Assembly: GCA_964585385.1 (NCBI GenBank)
Contig: CAZPDP010000001.1
Coordinates: 50,850 to 114,849 of the forward strand
Origin: an uncultured Bacteroidales bacterium
GTDB lineage: Bacteria > Bacteroidota > Bacteroidia > Bacteroidales > UBA12077
DNA length: 64,000 nucleotides
Direction: 5' to 3'
Shown: positions 38,190 through 48,694 of the stretch, in pieces
How positions within the stretch are numbered: position 1 is the stretch's first letter
Layout: each line of letters begins with the position of its first letter
Notes under the pieces: model-generated
What the model was told of the DNA's origin: nothing
Seen by the model: only the letters and a program-made list of their open reading frames with translations
Database searches by the model: none
Translations under genes and position numbers: made by a program

Positions 38190-39848
38190 ATGAAAATTGC
38201 ATTAGCACAACTGAATTATCATATCGGGAATTTTGATTACAACAAGGAGATAATCATCAGGCATATTGAAAAAGCTAAGAAAGATAATGCAGACCTTGTG
38301 GTTTTTTCGGAAATGTCTTTATGTGGTTATCCACCACAGGATTTACTGGATTACAGGAAGTTTACAGATGAATGCGATCGCACATTGAAAGAGATAGCTA
38401 TGAATTGTCATGAAATTGCTGCGATCGTGGGCGGTCCACGAATCAATCCCAATCCTAAGGGCAAGCAATTACTCAATGCAGCATTTTTCCTTGAAGAAGG
38501 TGAAGTGCGGTTTGTTCAGGATAAAACTTTACTGCCTACCTACGATATATTTGATGAATACAGGTATTTCGAGCCCAACAAAAAGTTTGATATTGTTGAA
38601 TATAAAAATCACAGGATTGCACTTACCACCTGCGAAGATTTATGGGATGAGCAGCCTACAGAGTCTCTGTTTGGTAGACGCGAGCTATATACCGTATCTC
38701 CCATGGAAAAACTGAAAGAATTTAACCCGGATATTCTCATCAATATATCAGCCTCTCCTTTTTCCTATACAAAAATATGGGGTAAGAAGAATATTTTCAT
38801 CAGGAAAGCCAAGCAATATAATTTGCCTGTTTTTATGGTAAACCAGGTGGGCGCTCAGACAGAACTCATATTCGAGGGCGCTTCTCTCGTGGTTCAGTCT
38901 GAGGGAACAATTTATGATGAAATGAAATGGTTTGAAGAAGATTATAAGGTTTATGATGTGGAAAAAATTGTAAACGCTGGCCCTGATGAACGTACCCATG
39001 ATGAATATAATGTTATAGAAAAGATACATGATGCACTGGTTCTGGGTTTACGAGATTTTTTCAATAAACTGAACTTTAAAAAGGCAATACTGGGCCTGTC
39101 TGGTGGAATTGATTCAGCAGTTTCTCTTGCTATAGCAGAAAGAGCGCTTGGAAAAGAAAACCTGAGAGTTTTGCTTCTTCCTTCGGAATATAGTACAGAA
39201 GGAAGTTTGAATGATGCAAAAGAACTGGCTGCAAATCTGGGTATCCATTACGATGTGATGCCTATTCATGATATTGTTAAATCGTTTGAAAATACACTAG
39301 AGCCAGTGTTTAAAGATTTACCCAGAGATACCGCAGAAGAAAACATACAGGCCCGCATCAGGGGAACTCTCCTGATGGCTCTGTCCAACAAGTTTGGCAA
39401 TATTTTACTGAACACTTCAAATAAAAGTGAATCTGCTGTTGGATATGCAACACTTTATGGAGATATGGCAGGTGGCCTCTCTGTGCTTGGTGATGTATAC
39501 AAAACAGATGTCTATAAACTGGCCGGATACATCAACAAAGAAAAAGAAATAATCCCGGAAAATACCATAACCAAAGCTCCTTCCGCTGAATTAAAACCTG
39601 ATCAGAAGGATAGTGACTCGTTACCCGAATATGAGTTACTCGATAAGATATTATTCAATTATATTGAGCTCCAGAAATCTGTTGAAGATATCATTGAAGA
39701 AGAAGGTTTTGATGAGGCAACGGTAAAACAGATTGTAAAACTGGTTAATATGAATGAATACAAAAGGTATCAGGCGCCTCCTATGCTGAGAATATCCTCG
39801 AAAGCCTTTGGTGTAGGACGAAGAATGCCTCTTGTTGCTCGTTATTAG
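38190..39848 (+). CDS. nadE: Glutamine-dependent NAD+ synthetase
   Basis: 552 aa. N-terminal CN-hydrolase domain (VVFSEMSLCGYPPQD; TCEDLW) and a C-terminal synthetase with the PP-loop GLSGGIDSAV. Confidence 0.93.
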   Translation: MKIALAQLNYHIGNFDYNKEIIIRHIEKAKKDNADLVVFSEMSLCGYPPQDLLDYRKFTDECDRTLKEIAMNCHEIAAIVGGPRINPNPKGKQLLNAAFFLEEGEVRFVQDKTLLPTYDIFDEYRYFEPNKKFDIVEYKNHRIALTTCEDLWDEQPTESLFGRRELYTVSPMEKLKEFNPDILINISASPFSYTKIWGKKNIFIRKAKQYNLPVFMVNQVGAQTELIFEGASLVVQSEGTIYDEMKWFEEDYKVYDVEKIVNAGPDERTHDEYNVIEKIHDALVLGLRDFFNKLNFKKAILGLSGGIDSAVSLAIAERALGKENLRVLLLPSEYSTEGSLNDAKELAANLGIHYDVMPIHDIVKSFENTLEPVFKDLPRDTAEENIQARIRGTLLMALSNKFGNILLNTSNKSESAVGYATLYGDMAGGLSVLGDVYKTDVYKLAGYINKEKEIIPENTITKAPSAELKPDQKDSDSLPEYELLDKILFNYIELQKSVEDIIEEEGFDEATVKQIVKLVNMNEYKRYQAPPMLRISSKAFGVGRRMPLVARY

Positions 39849-39872
39849 CAAGATTTAATACACACGGTTTGT

Positions 39873-39908
39873 AATCCTGAAGAATACAGCTTCAGGATTT
39901 TTATTTTG
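39873..39908 (+). terminator. Rho-independent terminator after nadE
   Basis: AATCCTGAAG / CTTCAGGATT forms a 10-bp stem with a 7-nt loop, followed by TTTTATTTT. Confidence 0.75.
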
Positions 39909-40007
39909 GCTGTAAAAAGCTTATATTGGAGGTAATTCAATCATTGATTATATTCAGCAATGAGTTGTTTGTGTAATGGGTGATTGAATTCTTTTTATTT
40001 TAAGACT

Positions 40008-42950
40008 ATGTATTTATCTGTCCATTCCTGCTTTAGCCTGCGTTATGGGATTATACCGGTTGAAGATATTGTACAAAAAGCAATAGAGTTCAACGTATCA
40101 TCCATTGCACTCACTGATATTAATAATACTACCGGAATAATTGATTTTGTTTTCGAGTGCCAAAGAAATGAAATAATTCCGATAGGAGGGATTGAGTTCA
40201 GAAATGGCGATGAATGGGTGTATACAGGAATAGCTAGAAACAATGATGGGTTTCATAAACTGAATAATTTCTTTAGTAAGTACAATCTGAATAAGAGCTA
40301 TTTTCCCAAAGATCCCCCGGAACTGAAAAATGTTTTTTTTGTTTTGCCATTTCAGGCGATAGAGCAGGATCAACTCCCTGAAAACACCCTTATAGGCGTT
40401 AAGCTCCATGAAATAAATAGACTATACTCATTTCCGGATACCACTCATAAAGATAAACTAATTCTTTTTAACAGTATAACTTTCAGAGATGCCAATGAGT
40501 GGGAAATACACAGACATTTGCGTGCAATTGATCACAACAGATTATTAACCCAGTTAGAAGAAAACTGGTTAGCACGACAGGAAGAGATTTTTTATTCTCC
40601 CCAAGAATTAGAAAGAAGATGTGAACATTTTCCTTTTCTTATAAAAAACAGTAAAAATCTTGCTGCACAATGTGCTCTGAATTTTGATGATACTGTAAAA
40701 AATAAGAGAACCTATACGAAAAGCCGGGAAAAGGACAAAGAATTGCTTAAGGAATTAGCATCTAAAGGGATGAAAGAAAGATATGGTGAAGGAAACAAGG
40801 AAGTTGAAGATCGCGTAAAGAAAGAACTGGACGTTATCGATAAACTCGGTTTTTTAGCCTATTTTCTTGTTACGAGGGATATTGTGAAGTATTCAATGGA
40901 CAGTGGGTTTTATCATGTGGGTCGGGGGAGCGGCGCCAACAGTATTGTGGCTTATTGCTTGTATATCACCGATGTAGATCCTATAGAATTAAACTTGTAT
41001 TTTGAACGCTTTATAAATCCCAAAAGAACCAGCCCACCTGATTTTGATATTGATTATTCATGGAGGGAAAGAGATAACGTGCTGGATTATATTTTCCGGG
41101 AGTTTGGCTATGAACAAACCGCTCTGCTTGGAACCATCTCTACCTTTAAATACAAATCGATAATAAGAGAACTTGGAAAAGTTTATGGTTTGCCCAAGCA
41201 GGAAATTGATCATTTGGTGGAGCGGCCCACTGATTTTGTTAATAAAGATGTTATATATGATAATATTTTTAAAATTGTTAAAACACTTGAGGGATACCCG
41301 AATTTGAGAAGCATTCACGCCGGGGGAGTATTGATTTCGGAAAAACCAGTTACTTACTATACTGCCCTTGATTTGCCACCCAAAAACTATCCAACAACTC
41401 AGTGGGATATGTATGCTGCGGAAAAAATTGGTTTTGAAAAACTGGATATTTTAAGTCAACGAGGAATAGGACATATAAAAGAGGCTGTGGAAATTATTAA
41501 ACAGAACAGGGGACAGGAAGTGGATATTCACAATACAGAAATGATTAAAAGGGATGAGAAAGCCCGTGACCAGCTAAGAAAGGGGGAAACTACCGGTTGT
41601 TTTTATATTGAAAGTCCGGCCATGCGGGGATTATTAAAAAAACTACGATGCGACAATTATATTACACTAGTTGCGGCCTCTTCAATCATTCGTCCGGGTG
41701 TTGCAAAATCAGGTATGATGAAAGAGTATATCCGCAGATTTCATAATCCAGATGATTTCGAATACATTCATCCGGTTATGAAAGAACAGTTGGAAGAGAC
41801 TTATGGGATTATGGTTTACCAGGAAGATGTCCTGAAGGTTTGTCATCATTTTGCAGGTTTAGATCTGGCGGATGCTGATATTTTACGGCGTGCTATGAGT
41901 GGTAAATTTCGTTCCAGGGCAGAATTTAAGCGAATTGAGGAGAAGTTTTTTAGCAATTGCCGATCGTATGGGTATTCAGAAGAAGTTATAAAAGAAGTTT
42001 GGAGACAAATTGAGTCTTTTGCAGGATATTCATTTTCAAAAGCTCATTCAGCTTCCTATGCAATGGAGAGTTTCCAGAGTCTTTATCTGAAAGCACACTA
42101 CCCCCTTGAGTTTATGACAGCGGTTATCAATAATTTCGGGGGGTTTTATAATACATGGGTTTATATTAACGAAGCTCAAAGGTATGGTGCGAAGATAAAT
42201 CTTCCCTGCGTAAACCATAGTTTTTACTTTACGAATATAGATAATAAGGAAATGTATTTGGGGTTTGTTCATATTAAAGATTTTGAAAATAAGTTTTCGT
42301 CCAGGATTGTAGAGGAACGAACGAAAAATGGAGAATTTTCTGATGAAGAAGATTTTGTAAACAGAACAGGAATTGGAAGGGAGCAGGCCATTATCCTGGT
42401 ACGTACAGGTGCGCTCCGTTTTACAGGAAAGACAAAAGCCGGGCTTTTGTGGAAAATTCATATACTTATCTCAAAAAAACAGAATGAAGCAAGAAAAAAT
42501 GAATTATTTAATGAATCCTATAAGCGACATTACCAGTTACCCCAATTGAGTCAACACCCCCTGGAAGATGCTTATGACGAAATAGAATTGATGGGTTTCC
42601 CGGTGACTTTTTCATATTTTGATATGTTGAAAACATCTTTTCGCGGAGAAGCTTTTGCTTCGGATATGAGCAAATATACCAGGAAAAAAGTGCGAATGGT
42701 GGGCAGGCTTGTTACCATAAAATATGTTCGTACGGTCAAAAAAGAAATCATGAATTTCGCTGCTTTTACCGATGTGTATGGTGAATTTTTTGATACGGTC
42801 CACTTCCCCGATACGCTGAAAAATTACCCGTTCCGGGGAGAAGGTATCTATTTGATACTGGGTAAGGTGGTGGAAGAATTTGGTTTTGCCTCTCTGGAGG
42901 TGGAGAAAATGGCAAAACTTCATTTACAGCCTGATCCAAGAGAGCATTAA
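40008..42950 (+). CDS. DNA polymerase III alpha-subunit family protein, short DnaE2/ImuC-like form
   Basis: The ORF track starts at TTG 39984; ATG 40008 (MYLSVHSCFSLRYG) is more likely. PHP domain, polymerase core (GRGSGANSIVAYCL; PPDFDIDY), and a C-terminal OB fold. About 980 aa, ending shortly after the OB fold. Confidence 0.8.
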   Translation: MYLSVHSCFSLRYGIIPVEDIVQKAIEFNVSSIALTDINNTTGIIDFVFECQRNEIIPIGGIEFRNGDEWVYTGIARNNDGFHKLNNFFSKYNLNKSYFPKDPPELKNVFFVLPFQAIEQDQLPENTLIGVKLHEINRLYSFPDTTHKDKLILFNSITFRDANEWEIHRHLRAIDHNRLLTQLEENWLARQEEIFYSPQELERRCEHFPFLIKNSKNLAAQCALNFDDTVKNKRTYTKSREKDKELLKELASKGMKERYGEGNKEVEDRVKKELDVIDKLGFLAYFLVTRDIVKYSMDSGFYHVGRGSGANSIVAYCLYITDVDPIELNLYFERFINPKRTSPPDFDIDYSWRERDNVLDYIFREFGYEQTALLGTISTFKYKSIIRELGKVYGLPKQEIDHLVERPTDFVNKDVIYDNIFKIVKTLEGYPNLRSIHAGGVLISEKPVTYYTALDLPPKNYPTTQWDMYAAEKIGFEKLDILSQRGIGHIKEAVEIIKQNRGQEVDIHNTEMIKRDEKARDQLRKGETTGCFYIESPAMRGLLKKLRCDNYITLVAASSIIRPGVAKSGMMKEYIRRFHNPDDFEYIHPVMKEQLEETYGIMVYQEDVLKVCHHFAGLDLADADILRRAMSGKFRSRAEFKRIEEKFFSNCRSYGYSEEVIKEVWRQIESFAGYSFSKAHSASYAMESFQSLYLKAHYPLEFMTAVINNFGGFYNTWVYINEAQRYGAKINLPCVNHSFYFTNIDNKEMYLGFVHIKDFENKFSSRIVEERTKNGEFSDEEDFVNRTGIGREQAIILVRTGALRFTGKTKAGLLWKIHILISKKQNEARKNELFNESYKRHYQLPQLSQHPLEDAYDEIELMGFPVTFSYFDMLKTSFRGEAFASDMSKYTRKKVRMVGRLVTIKYVRTVKKEIMNFAAFTDVYGEFFDTVHFPDTLKNYPFRGEGIYLILGKVVEEFGFASLEVEKMAKLHLQPDPREH

Positions 42951-43139
42951 TCCGTAGAATATTTTTATTATTTATTTAGAATTAACAGGAGTGGTTATAA
43001 AAGATGACTAATTGAATATTAGGTTTTTACTAGTTTTGTGTATGCGAAATTAAGGTTAGATTAATTAATACAGCTAATAGAAGTTTAATTCATTTTATTT
43101 TTTTATTTTTACTTATGTCAGCTAATAATATAAAAGATT

Positions 43140-45137
43140 ATGCCTCCGATTTTTAAGCAATCTTCGAGACATACAGTATATCTGTTATTGTTTGCTGTTG
43201 CTTTTGTTTTTTACGGCAATACCATTTCCAACCAATATGCCCTTGACGATTCCATAGTTATAACGGAAAACAAGTTTACCCGGCAGGGTATTGAAGGAAT
43301 AGATGACATTCTAAAGCATGATTCATTTACAGGGTTTTTTGGTAAACAGAAAAAACTGGTTTCAGGAGGCAGGTACAGACCTCTGTCAATTGTAACATTT
43401 GCCCTTGAGTATGAGTTATTTGGGAAGAATCCCCATGTCAGTCATTTTATTAATGTATTTTTGTTTGGATTAACAGGTGTATTTATATTCTTGATTTTTT
43501 CAAGCCTGTTTTGGCATGTTGAAAACCGGCCCTGGTATTTGTCGCTTGCATTTCTCACCGCTCTTCTGTTTATTGCCCATCCTGTTCATACAGAGACAGT
43601 GGCAAATATAAAAGGAAGAGATGAGATTTTATCTTTTTTGTTTGCTTTACTTGCTTTATTTGAATCAATACGGTATACCCGCGAAATTAAGTTAAAATAC
43701 CTGATCCTTAGTTTTATTTTTTTCTTGCTGGCGCTCATGTCAAAAGAAAATGCCATCACATTCCTTGCTGTTGTGCCTTTGACTCTCTATTTCTTCAGGC
43801 AAAGAGCTTCGGGATCTATTTCAAGACCGGTTTTAATAACACTCATCCCTCTCGCTCTGGCAACCATTCTATATTTAGCAATCCGTTTTGCAGTGCTGGG
43901 TTTTTTCACTACTGAACCTCCGAATGAACTTATGAATAACCCGTTCTTACATGCCACTTTATCAGAGAAATATGGAACCATCTTTTTGACGCTGGGTTAT
44001 TATTTGAAATTGTTATTTTATCCCCATCCCCTTACTTTTGATTATTATCCTTACCATATTTCACTGGTTGAGATTACAAATATTAAGGCAGTGGTTCCTC
44101 TAGTGGTTTATTTGGGTATTACTGCATACGCAATTGTTAAACTAAAATCCAAATCAATAATATCTTATTCTATTCTCTATTATCTGATTACTCTTTCCAT
44201 TGTTTCTAATTTATTTTTTCCTGTTGGAACTTTTATGAATGAACGGTTTTTATACATGCCTTCCCTTGGATTTAGTATTATCCTGGCTTATATAATTTCC
44301 CATTCTTTATATCAAGCTATTAAACCTGAGCATTTCCGACCTTTAATGATACTGGTATTTGTGCTGGGCATTCTTGTTTTCAGTGGATTTAAAATTATTC
44401 GCAGGAATCAGGACTGGAAGAATAACTTTACCTTGTTTACCCATGATGTAATGATTTCATCCAATAGTGCAAAAAGCAATACATCTGCAGGAGGAGTGTA
44501 CCTGGAAAATGCCATTGAGATGGAAGATTCGGTAAAAAAGAAGCAATACTTAGAAAAATCAATTCATTATTTGAGAAAAGCTTTGGATATTCACCCAAAA
44601 TACACCGATGCAAATGTGCTTCTGGGAAATGCATGGTATCATTACAACCTGAATATTGATTCAACCCTGTTTTATTATTCAAAAGTCTTAGAGAAAAATT
44701 CCAATTATTCCAGGTTATACAAAAATATGAAAGGAATAGTTGGTGATCAACGAGTTGATATTGATCAGAAGATTTCAGTTTGTAAGACTGCTTTACGGTA
44801 TAATCCGGATAGTTTTTATTTTCATTATAAGCTTGGGAAATTTTATGCCCAGCATAAAAACAGGATGGATGAGGGAATACGTTTCTTGAAAAAAGCAGTG
44901 GAAATAAAACCAGAAAGTGTGGAAGCTCTAAAAGATTTAGGTGTAGCCTATGGTCTTCAGAAACAATATAAACAATCGATTGATGCATTTGATAGAGCGC
45001 TTGAGTTATCACCCAACGACCCCCAGCTTTATATTAATCAGGGTATAAATTACAGACAAACCGGTAAAGAAAGTAAGGCAGCTCAATACTTTAGAAAGGC
45101 CAGGGAATTACAACAAGAAAAGGATGATAAACGATAA
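43140..45137 (+). CDS. GT-C-type membrane glycosyltransferase-like protein with C-terminal TPR repeats (TMTC/DUF1736-like)
   Basis: 665 aa. About 11 TM helices with an acidic first-loop motif (YALDDSIV), followed by ~220 aa of TPR repeats. Confidence 0.6.
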   Translation: MPPIFKQSSRHTVYLLLFAVAFVFYGNTISNQYALDDSIVITENKFTRQGIEGIDDILKHDSFTGFFGKQKKLVSGGRYRPLSIVTFALEYELFGKNPHVSHFINVFLFGLTGVFIFLIFSSLFWHVENRPWYLSLAFLTALLFIAHPVHTETVANIKGRDEILSFLFALLALFESIRYTREIKLKYLILSFIFFLLALMSKENAITFLAVVPLTLYFFRQRASGSISRPVLITLIPLALATILYLAIRFAVLGFFTTEPPNELMNNPFLHATLSEKYGTIFLTLGYYLKLLFYPHPLTFDYYPYHISLVEITNIKAVVPLVVYLGITAYAIVKLKSKSIISYSILYYLITLSIVSNLFFPVGTFMNERFLYMPSLGFSIILAYIISHSLYQAIKPEHFRPLMILVFVLGILVFSGFKIIRRNQDWKNNFTLFTHDVMISSNSAKSNTSAGGVYLENAIEMEDSVKKKQYLEKSIHYLRKALDIHPKYTDANVLLGNAWYHYNLNIDSTLFYYSKVLEKNSNYSRLYKNMKGIVGDQRVDIDQKISVCKTALRYNPDSFYFHYKLGKFYAQHKNRMDEGIRFLKKAVEIKPESVEALKDLGVAYGLQKQYKQSIDAFDRALELSPNDPQLYINQGINYRQTGKESKAAQYFRKARELQQEKDDKR

Positions 45138-45870
45138 AAAAATCGCAATAGTTCTCCCGGCATTTAATGCAGCGAGTACTCTGGAAAAGACCTATAAGGA
45201 AATTCCCTTTCAACTGGTGGATGAAGTGATCCTTTGCGATGATGCCAGTGAGGATGAAACGGTAGGAGTAGCCAGAGATCTGGGTATTCAGCATATTTTA
45301 CAACATGATAACAACAGGGGATACGGGGCCAATCAAAAAACCTGCTATCTCAAAGCCCTGGAATTACAAGCTGATATTGTTGTTTTGCTACACCCTGATT
45401 ATCAGTATACCCCTCGGGTTATCCCCAGTATGGTTTCCTTAATTGCTAATGATTTGTACAAAGTGGTTCTGGGATCACGAATTCTTGGGACGGGAGCATT
45501 AAAAGGAGGAATGCCTTTATATAAATATTTAGGAAACAGGTTTTTAACCTTGTTTCAAAATGTTTTTATGTTTACGAAATTATCAGAATTTCACACCGGT
45601 TTCAGGGCTTATTCTGCAGATTTGCTAAGAGAGATACCATTTAAAAATAATTCGGATGATTTTATCTTTGATAATCAAATATTGGCCCAGATTATTCACA
45701 AAGAATATGAAATTGGTGAAGTATCCTGCCCAACTCACTATTTCCCTGAAGCTTCCAGTATTGGGTTTGGAAATGGGGTGAAATATTTTTTGGGTGTGTT
45801 GATGGTGACCATGCAATATTTTCTGGATAAAACGGGTATTATAAAATCTCGTCTTTTCAAAGATTCATAG
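45124..45870 (+). CDS. Family-2 glycosyltransferase (polyprenyl-phosphate sugar synthase-like)
   Basis: 248 aa. IAIVLPAFNAA, DDASEDET and a GT2 core. 14-nt overlap with the upstream gene. Confidence 0.8.
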   Translation: MINDKKIAIVLPAFNAASTLEKTYKEIPFQLVDEVILCDDASEDETVGVARDLGIQHILQHDNNRGYGANQKTCYLKALELQADIVVLLHPDYQYTPRVIPSMVSLIANDLYKVVLGSRILGTGALKGGMPLYKYLGNRFLTLFQNVFMFTKLSEFHTGFRAYSADLLREIPFKNNSDDFIFDNQILAQIIHKEYEIGEVSCPTHYFPEASSIGFGNGVKYFLGVLMVTMQYFLDKTGIIKSRLFKDS

Positions 45871-45954
45871 TCGATGATATGATGAAATTTACTGCCAGAC
45901 CTGATAAATTGGTACATATTTATTAATTTAGCACGCCTGTTCATAATTTAATTC

Positions 45955-46950
45955 ATGAAACGCAGAACGAAGAACATATTGCAAGGACTGGGTGGTGCCT
46001 TGGTAGGATTTTTTTTCCTTTACCTGACATTAAGAGACAAACCATTATCCTTAATTCTTGGAAGCATTTCAGAGGCTAAGTGGTATTTTGTGATGCTGAA
46101 TGGTGTTTTTCTTGCCATAACCTTTTTGCTGAGAGCTTTAAGGTGGAGGATACTGGTTCAGAATCTGGGATATAAAGTCAAAAGGAAACATATTGTATTT
46201 GCTGTTACCATGGGCTATTTTGTAAACAGTTTTACACCTAAACTGGGTGAGCTGGTTCGGTGCGCTTCACTCCAGAAAACAACAGATATCCCAATTGTCA
46301 GAAGTTTAGGTTCAGTTGTTTCAGAGCGTATATATGACTTAATTGTCCTGGCTTTGGGGCTGACCGTTATATTTATCCTTGAATTTGAAAGACTCCTGAA
46401 CCTTTTTCAGAAATTCATTGAGAATAATGTAACGGGGAAGTCTCTTTTTGAATACAATATCCTCGTTTATGTCATACCACTGATTATTTTGCTTACAATT
46501 GCTTATTTTTTAATCGTTAAAAAATTGCACCTTAGAATAAAGCGACTGCTAAAAGAAATGATTGAAGCTATCCATAAAACTTTTTATCTGAAAAAGTACA
46601 GGAAGTTTTTTATATATACTGCTCTTATCTGGATAACATTAATTGCCATGAATTATGTCTGCCTAAAAGCCTTACCAACAACTGATCAGAATGGATGGTA
46701 TTTTGCCACTATTGTACTTTTTGTTGGTGGTATAGGGTGGGCACTGCCTACCCCGGGTGGTATTGGTACTACTCATTACTTTATTTACCAGTTGTTTTTT
46801 ATTTTCAACCTGGATCCGAATGCAGGTGTAAGTTACGGAGTATTATCCAATGGTCTGACGTTTATTTATACTTTAGGATTGGGTGCTCTCGCCCTGATAT
46901 ACTTCCTTATCTGGCAGCAAAAGAATGAAAAGAAACCGTCAGTGGACTGA
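45955..46950 (+). CDS. Flippase-like integral membrane protein (LPG_synthase_TM/UPF0104-like)
   Basis: 331 aa, about 8 TM helices, conserved-looking RALRWRILV segment. The family call is moderate and rests on architecture. Confidence 0.55.
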   Translation: MKRRTKNILQGLGGALVGFFFLYLTLRDKPLSLILGSISEAKWYFVMLNGVFLAITFLLRALRWRILVQNLGYKVKRKHIVFAVTMGYFVNSFTPKLGELVRCASLQKTTDIPIVRSLGSVVSERIYDLIVLALGLTVIFILEFERLLNLFQKFIENNVTGKSLFEYNILVYVIPLIILLTIAYFLIVKKLHLRIKRLLKEMIEAIHKTFYLKKYRKFFIYTALIWITLIAMNYVCLKALPTTDQNGWYFATIVLFVGGIGWALPTPGGIGTTHYFIYQLFFIFNLDPNAGVSYGVLSNGLTFIYTLGLGALALIYFLIWQQKNEKKPSVD

Positions 46951-47043
46951 TCTGCAAATTTTTCCCTTTTACATCCTTTTTTTTGACTTTATGGTCTGAA
47001 TATAAGCAATACTCATGGACTATGAATTCTAAATGCAAAATTC

Positions 47044-47051
47044 TATATTTG
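47044..47051 (+). promoter_or_regulatory. -7 box TATATTTG
   Basis: Exact TAnnTTTG, 25 nt upstream of the ATG at 47077. Confidence 0.4.
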
Positions 47052-47076
47052 TATTAGAACCTAAACCTGAACAGTC

Positions 47077-47274
47077 ATGTCAAAATATTCCATTTTTCTA
47101 ATTGTTCTGCTTTTATTATTCACAATTGCCCATCTGATAATTTCTATCGATTATAATCATCTTTTTACCGTTGGAAATAAAGGAGGTGCCACTGGTGTGA
47201 TGGTTGGAATTCTTGGTATAGTCTCTGTTATCTTGTCTCAAAAATCTGAAAAAAAGGAAGAGGGAGAATGGTAA
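47077..47274 (+). CDS. Small two-TM membrane protein (hypothetical)
   Basis: 65 aa with two hydrophobic helices and an acidic/basic tail. It has its own -7 box at the canonical spacing. Confidence 0.4.
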   Translation: MSKYSIFLIVLLLLFTIAHLIISIDYNHLFTVGNKGGATGVMVGILGIVSVILSQKSEKKEEGEW

Positions 47275-47288
47275 ATCCGGTTTTTGTT

Positions 47289-47495
47289 TTATTCATTTAT
47301 AAATTCGGTTTCATCCCAAATCGTGTCATTCCTCTCATTCAATAATGAATCCGATATAATTTCTTTTCTTCCATCTGAAAAATTCTCACTCTCACCCATT
47401 TCCTTCCTCTGATCATGTATATTGCTGGTTAATTCGGCCAAAACAAGAAACATGGCCATAAAAATGAATATGTAGGTGAAAATTTTCTTTTTCAT
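47289..47495 (-). CDS. Small single-TM protein with acidic tail, coupled to the rdhC-like gene
   Basis: 68 aa. ATGA start/stop overlap with the upstream ORF (47492..47495). Confidence 0.4.
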   Translation of the reverse strand: MKKKIFTYIFIFMAMFLVLAELTSNIHDQRKEMGESENFSDGRKEIISDSLLNERNDTIWDETEFINE

Positions 47496-48694
47496 GCTTT
47501 TCTCATTAAGGATTTAATTCTGTATCTGACAAGTATTACTATGCTGAAAATGGGTTTAATTGGGCATAGGAAATGACACCAGGGTCTTGTGATTATGGCG
47601 GAAGCTATTATTACAAGGGCTGCAAGGATAAACACCCATTTAGATGCTGTAAATTGAAATATAGCTCCGTATACTTCATATTCTGAAAGGGTTGGGTTTT
47701 GAAAATAGACTGCAATAAGAAGAGCTGCCCACGCCAGGGTGCGCTGAAACCAAATCCAGAAACGTGGGTTAGGCAATTGAACAGTATTAGATTTTCCGAG
47801 CTTACCAAGAATTTCCTGTGTATTACCCAGCGGACATATACTGTGGCAATAGATGTTTTTCCCTGTTGTAAGAAGAATTAAAAAAACACCAAAAACTAAA
47901 AGATAGATGTATAATTCGTCTTGCCAGTCGGGCCAGTAACCAAGTAAAATACTGCTTAACCTGGTGAGAGTGATAGGTTGATTATAAACAAATCCAATAA
48001 AGATGAGACCTAAGAATACTGTTATCCATTTAATGTGTGTTCTGTAAGGCAATCTATTGATTCTTGCCAGCATACCAAAGACAAACAAAAGGGCTACTAA
48101 GCCTTCCCGGTATCCAATTGTTAATTTGCCGTTCACCACCTCTGCGTCCTGAAACATTCCATTTCTTTTACCCAACTTAACAGCTGATTTTTTTATTGCC
48201 TCATTAATTCCCATACAGGTTTTGGTGGCCCCTGAAATAGCATCGGGAAATTTTTTGGGGGTAATTAACGCTTTGATGTTTTTGTTCTGGAAATCAGACA
48301 AATAGTTGTTTCTGCTTAATTTTTTATAGTAAGAAGGGGTCTCTTTGTGTCTGATAATGTGAATATCCGTAATCCTGTAGACTTGATTGAAGATGCTAAT
48401 GCATTCGATTTTGCCTGCATAGCCTGTTCCTTCAGCTATTACCGCATAACTCTCCGACTGGCCTTGTTTACCTTTAAGGCTGAAAATTTCAGGATTAATT
48501 TTTTCAATAGTATAAGAGGAATCAGGATAAAGACTTTGAATAAATTCAGTTGTAGTTACTTCTGTTTTATTTTTTCCGGCAAAGCCTACTCCAATAAGAA
48601 TAGCCACAGCGAATAGTGCCAAAATCCATTCTGCATTCTTCCTTACTTTTTGCTTTTTCCCTGCTTTTCTCTGTTGAATGTTAACAGTCTCCAT
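47492..48694 (-). CDS. rdhC: RdhC/PceC-like membrane flavoprotein (FMN_bind domain + NosR/NapH-like CxxxCP membrane domain)
   Basis: 400 aa. N-terminal TM helix, an FMN-binding domain (GYAGKIECISIF...RHKETP...DAISGATKTC), then about 6 TM helices carrying CHSICPLG and CHFLCPIK. Confidence 0.75.
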   Translation of the reverse strand: METVNIQQRKAGKKQKVRKNAEWILALFAVAILIGVGFAGKNKTEVTTTEFIQSLYPDSSYTIEKINPEIFSLKGKQGQSESYAVIAEGTGYAGKIECISIFNQVYRITDIHIIRHKETPSYYKKLSRNNYLSDFQNKNIKALITPKKFPDAISGATKTCMGINEAIKKSAVKLGKRNGMFQDAEVVNGKLTIGYREGLVALLFVFGMLARINRLPYRTHIKWITVFLGLIFIGFVYNQPITLTRLSSILLGYWPDWQDELYIYLLVFGVFLILLTTGKNIYCHSICPLGNTQEILGKLGKSNTVQLPNPRFWIWFQRTLAWAALLIAVYFQNPTLSEYEVYGAIFQFTASKWVFILAALVIIASAIITRPWCHFLCPIKPIFSIVILVRYRIKSLMRKA

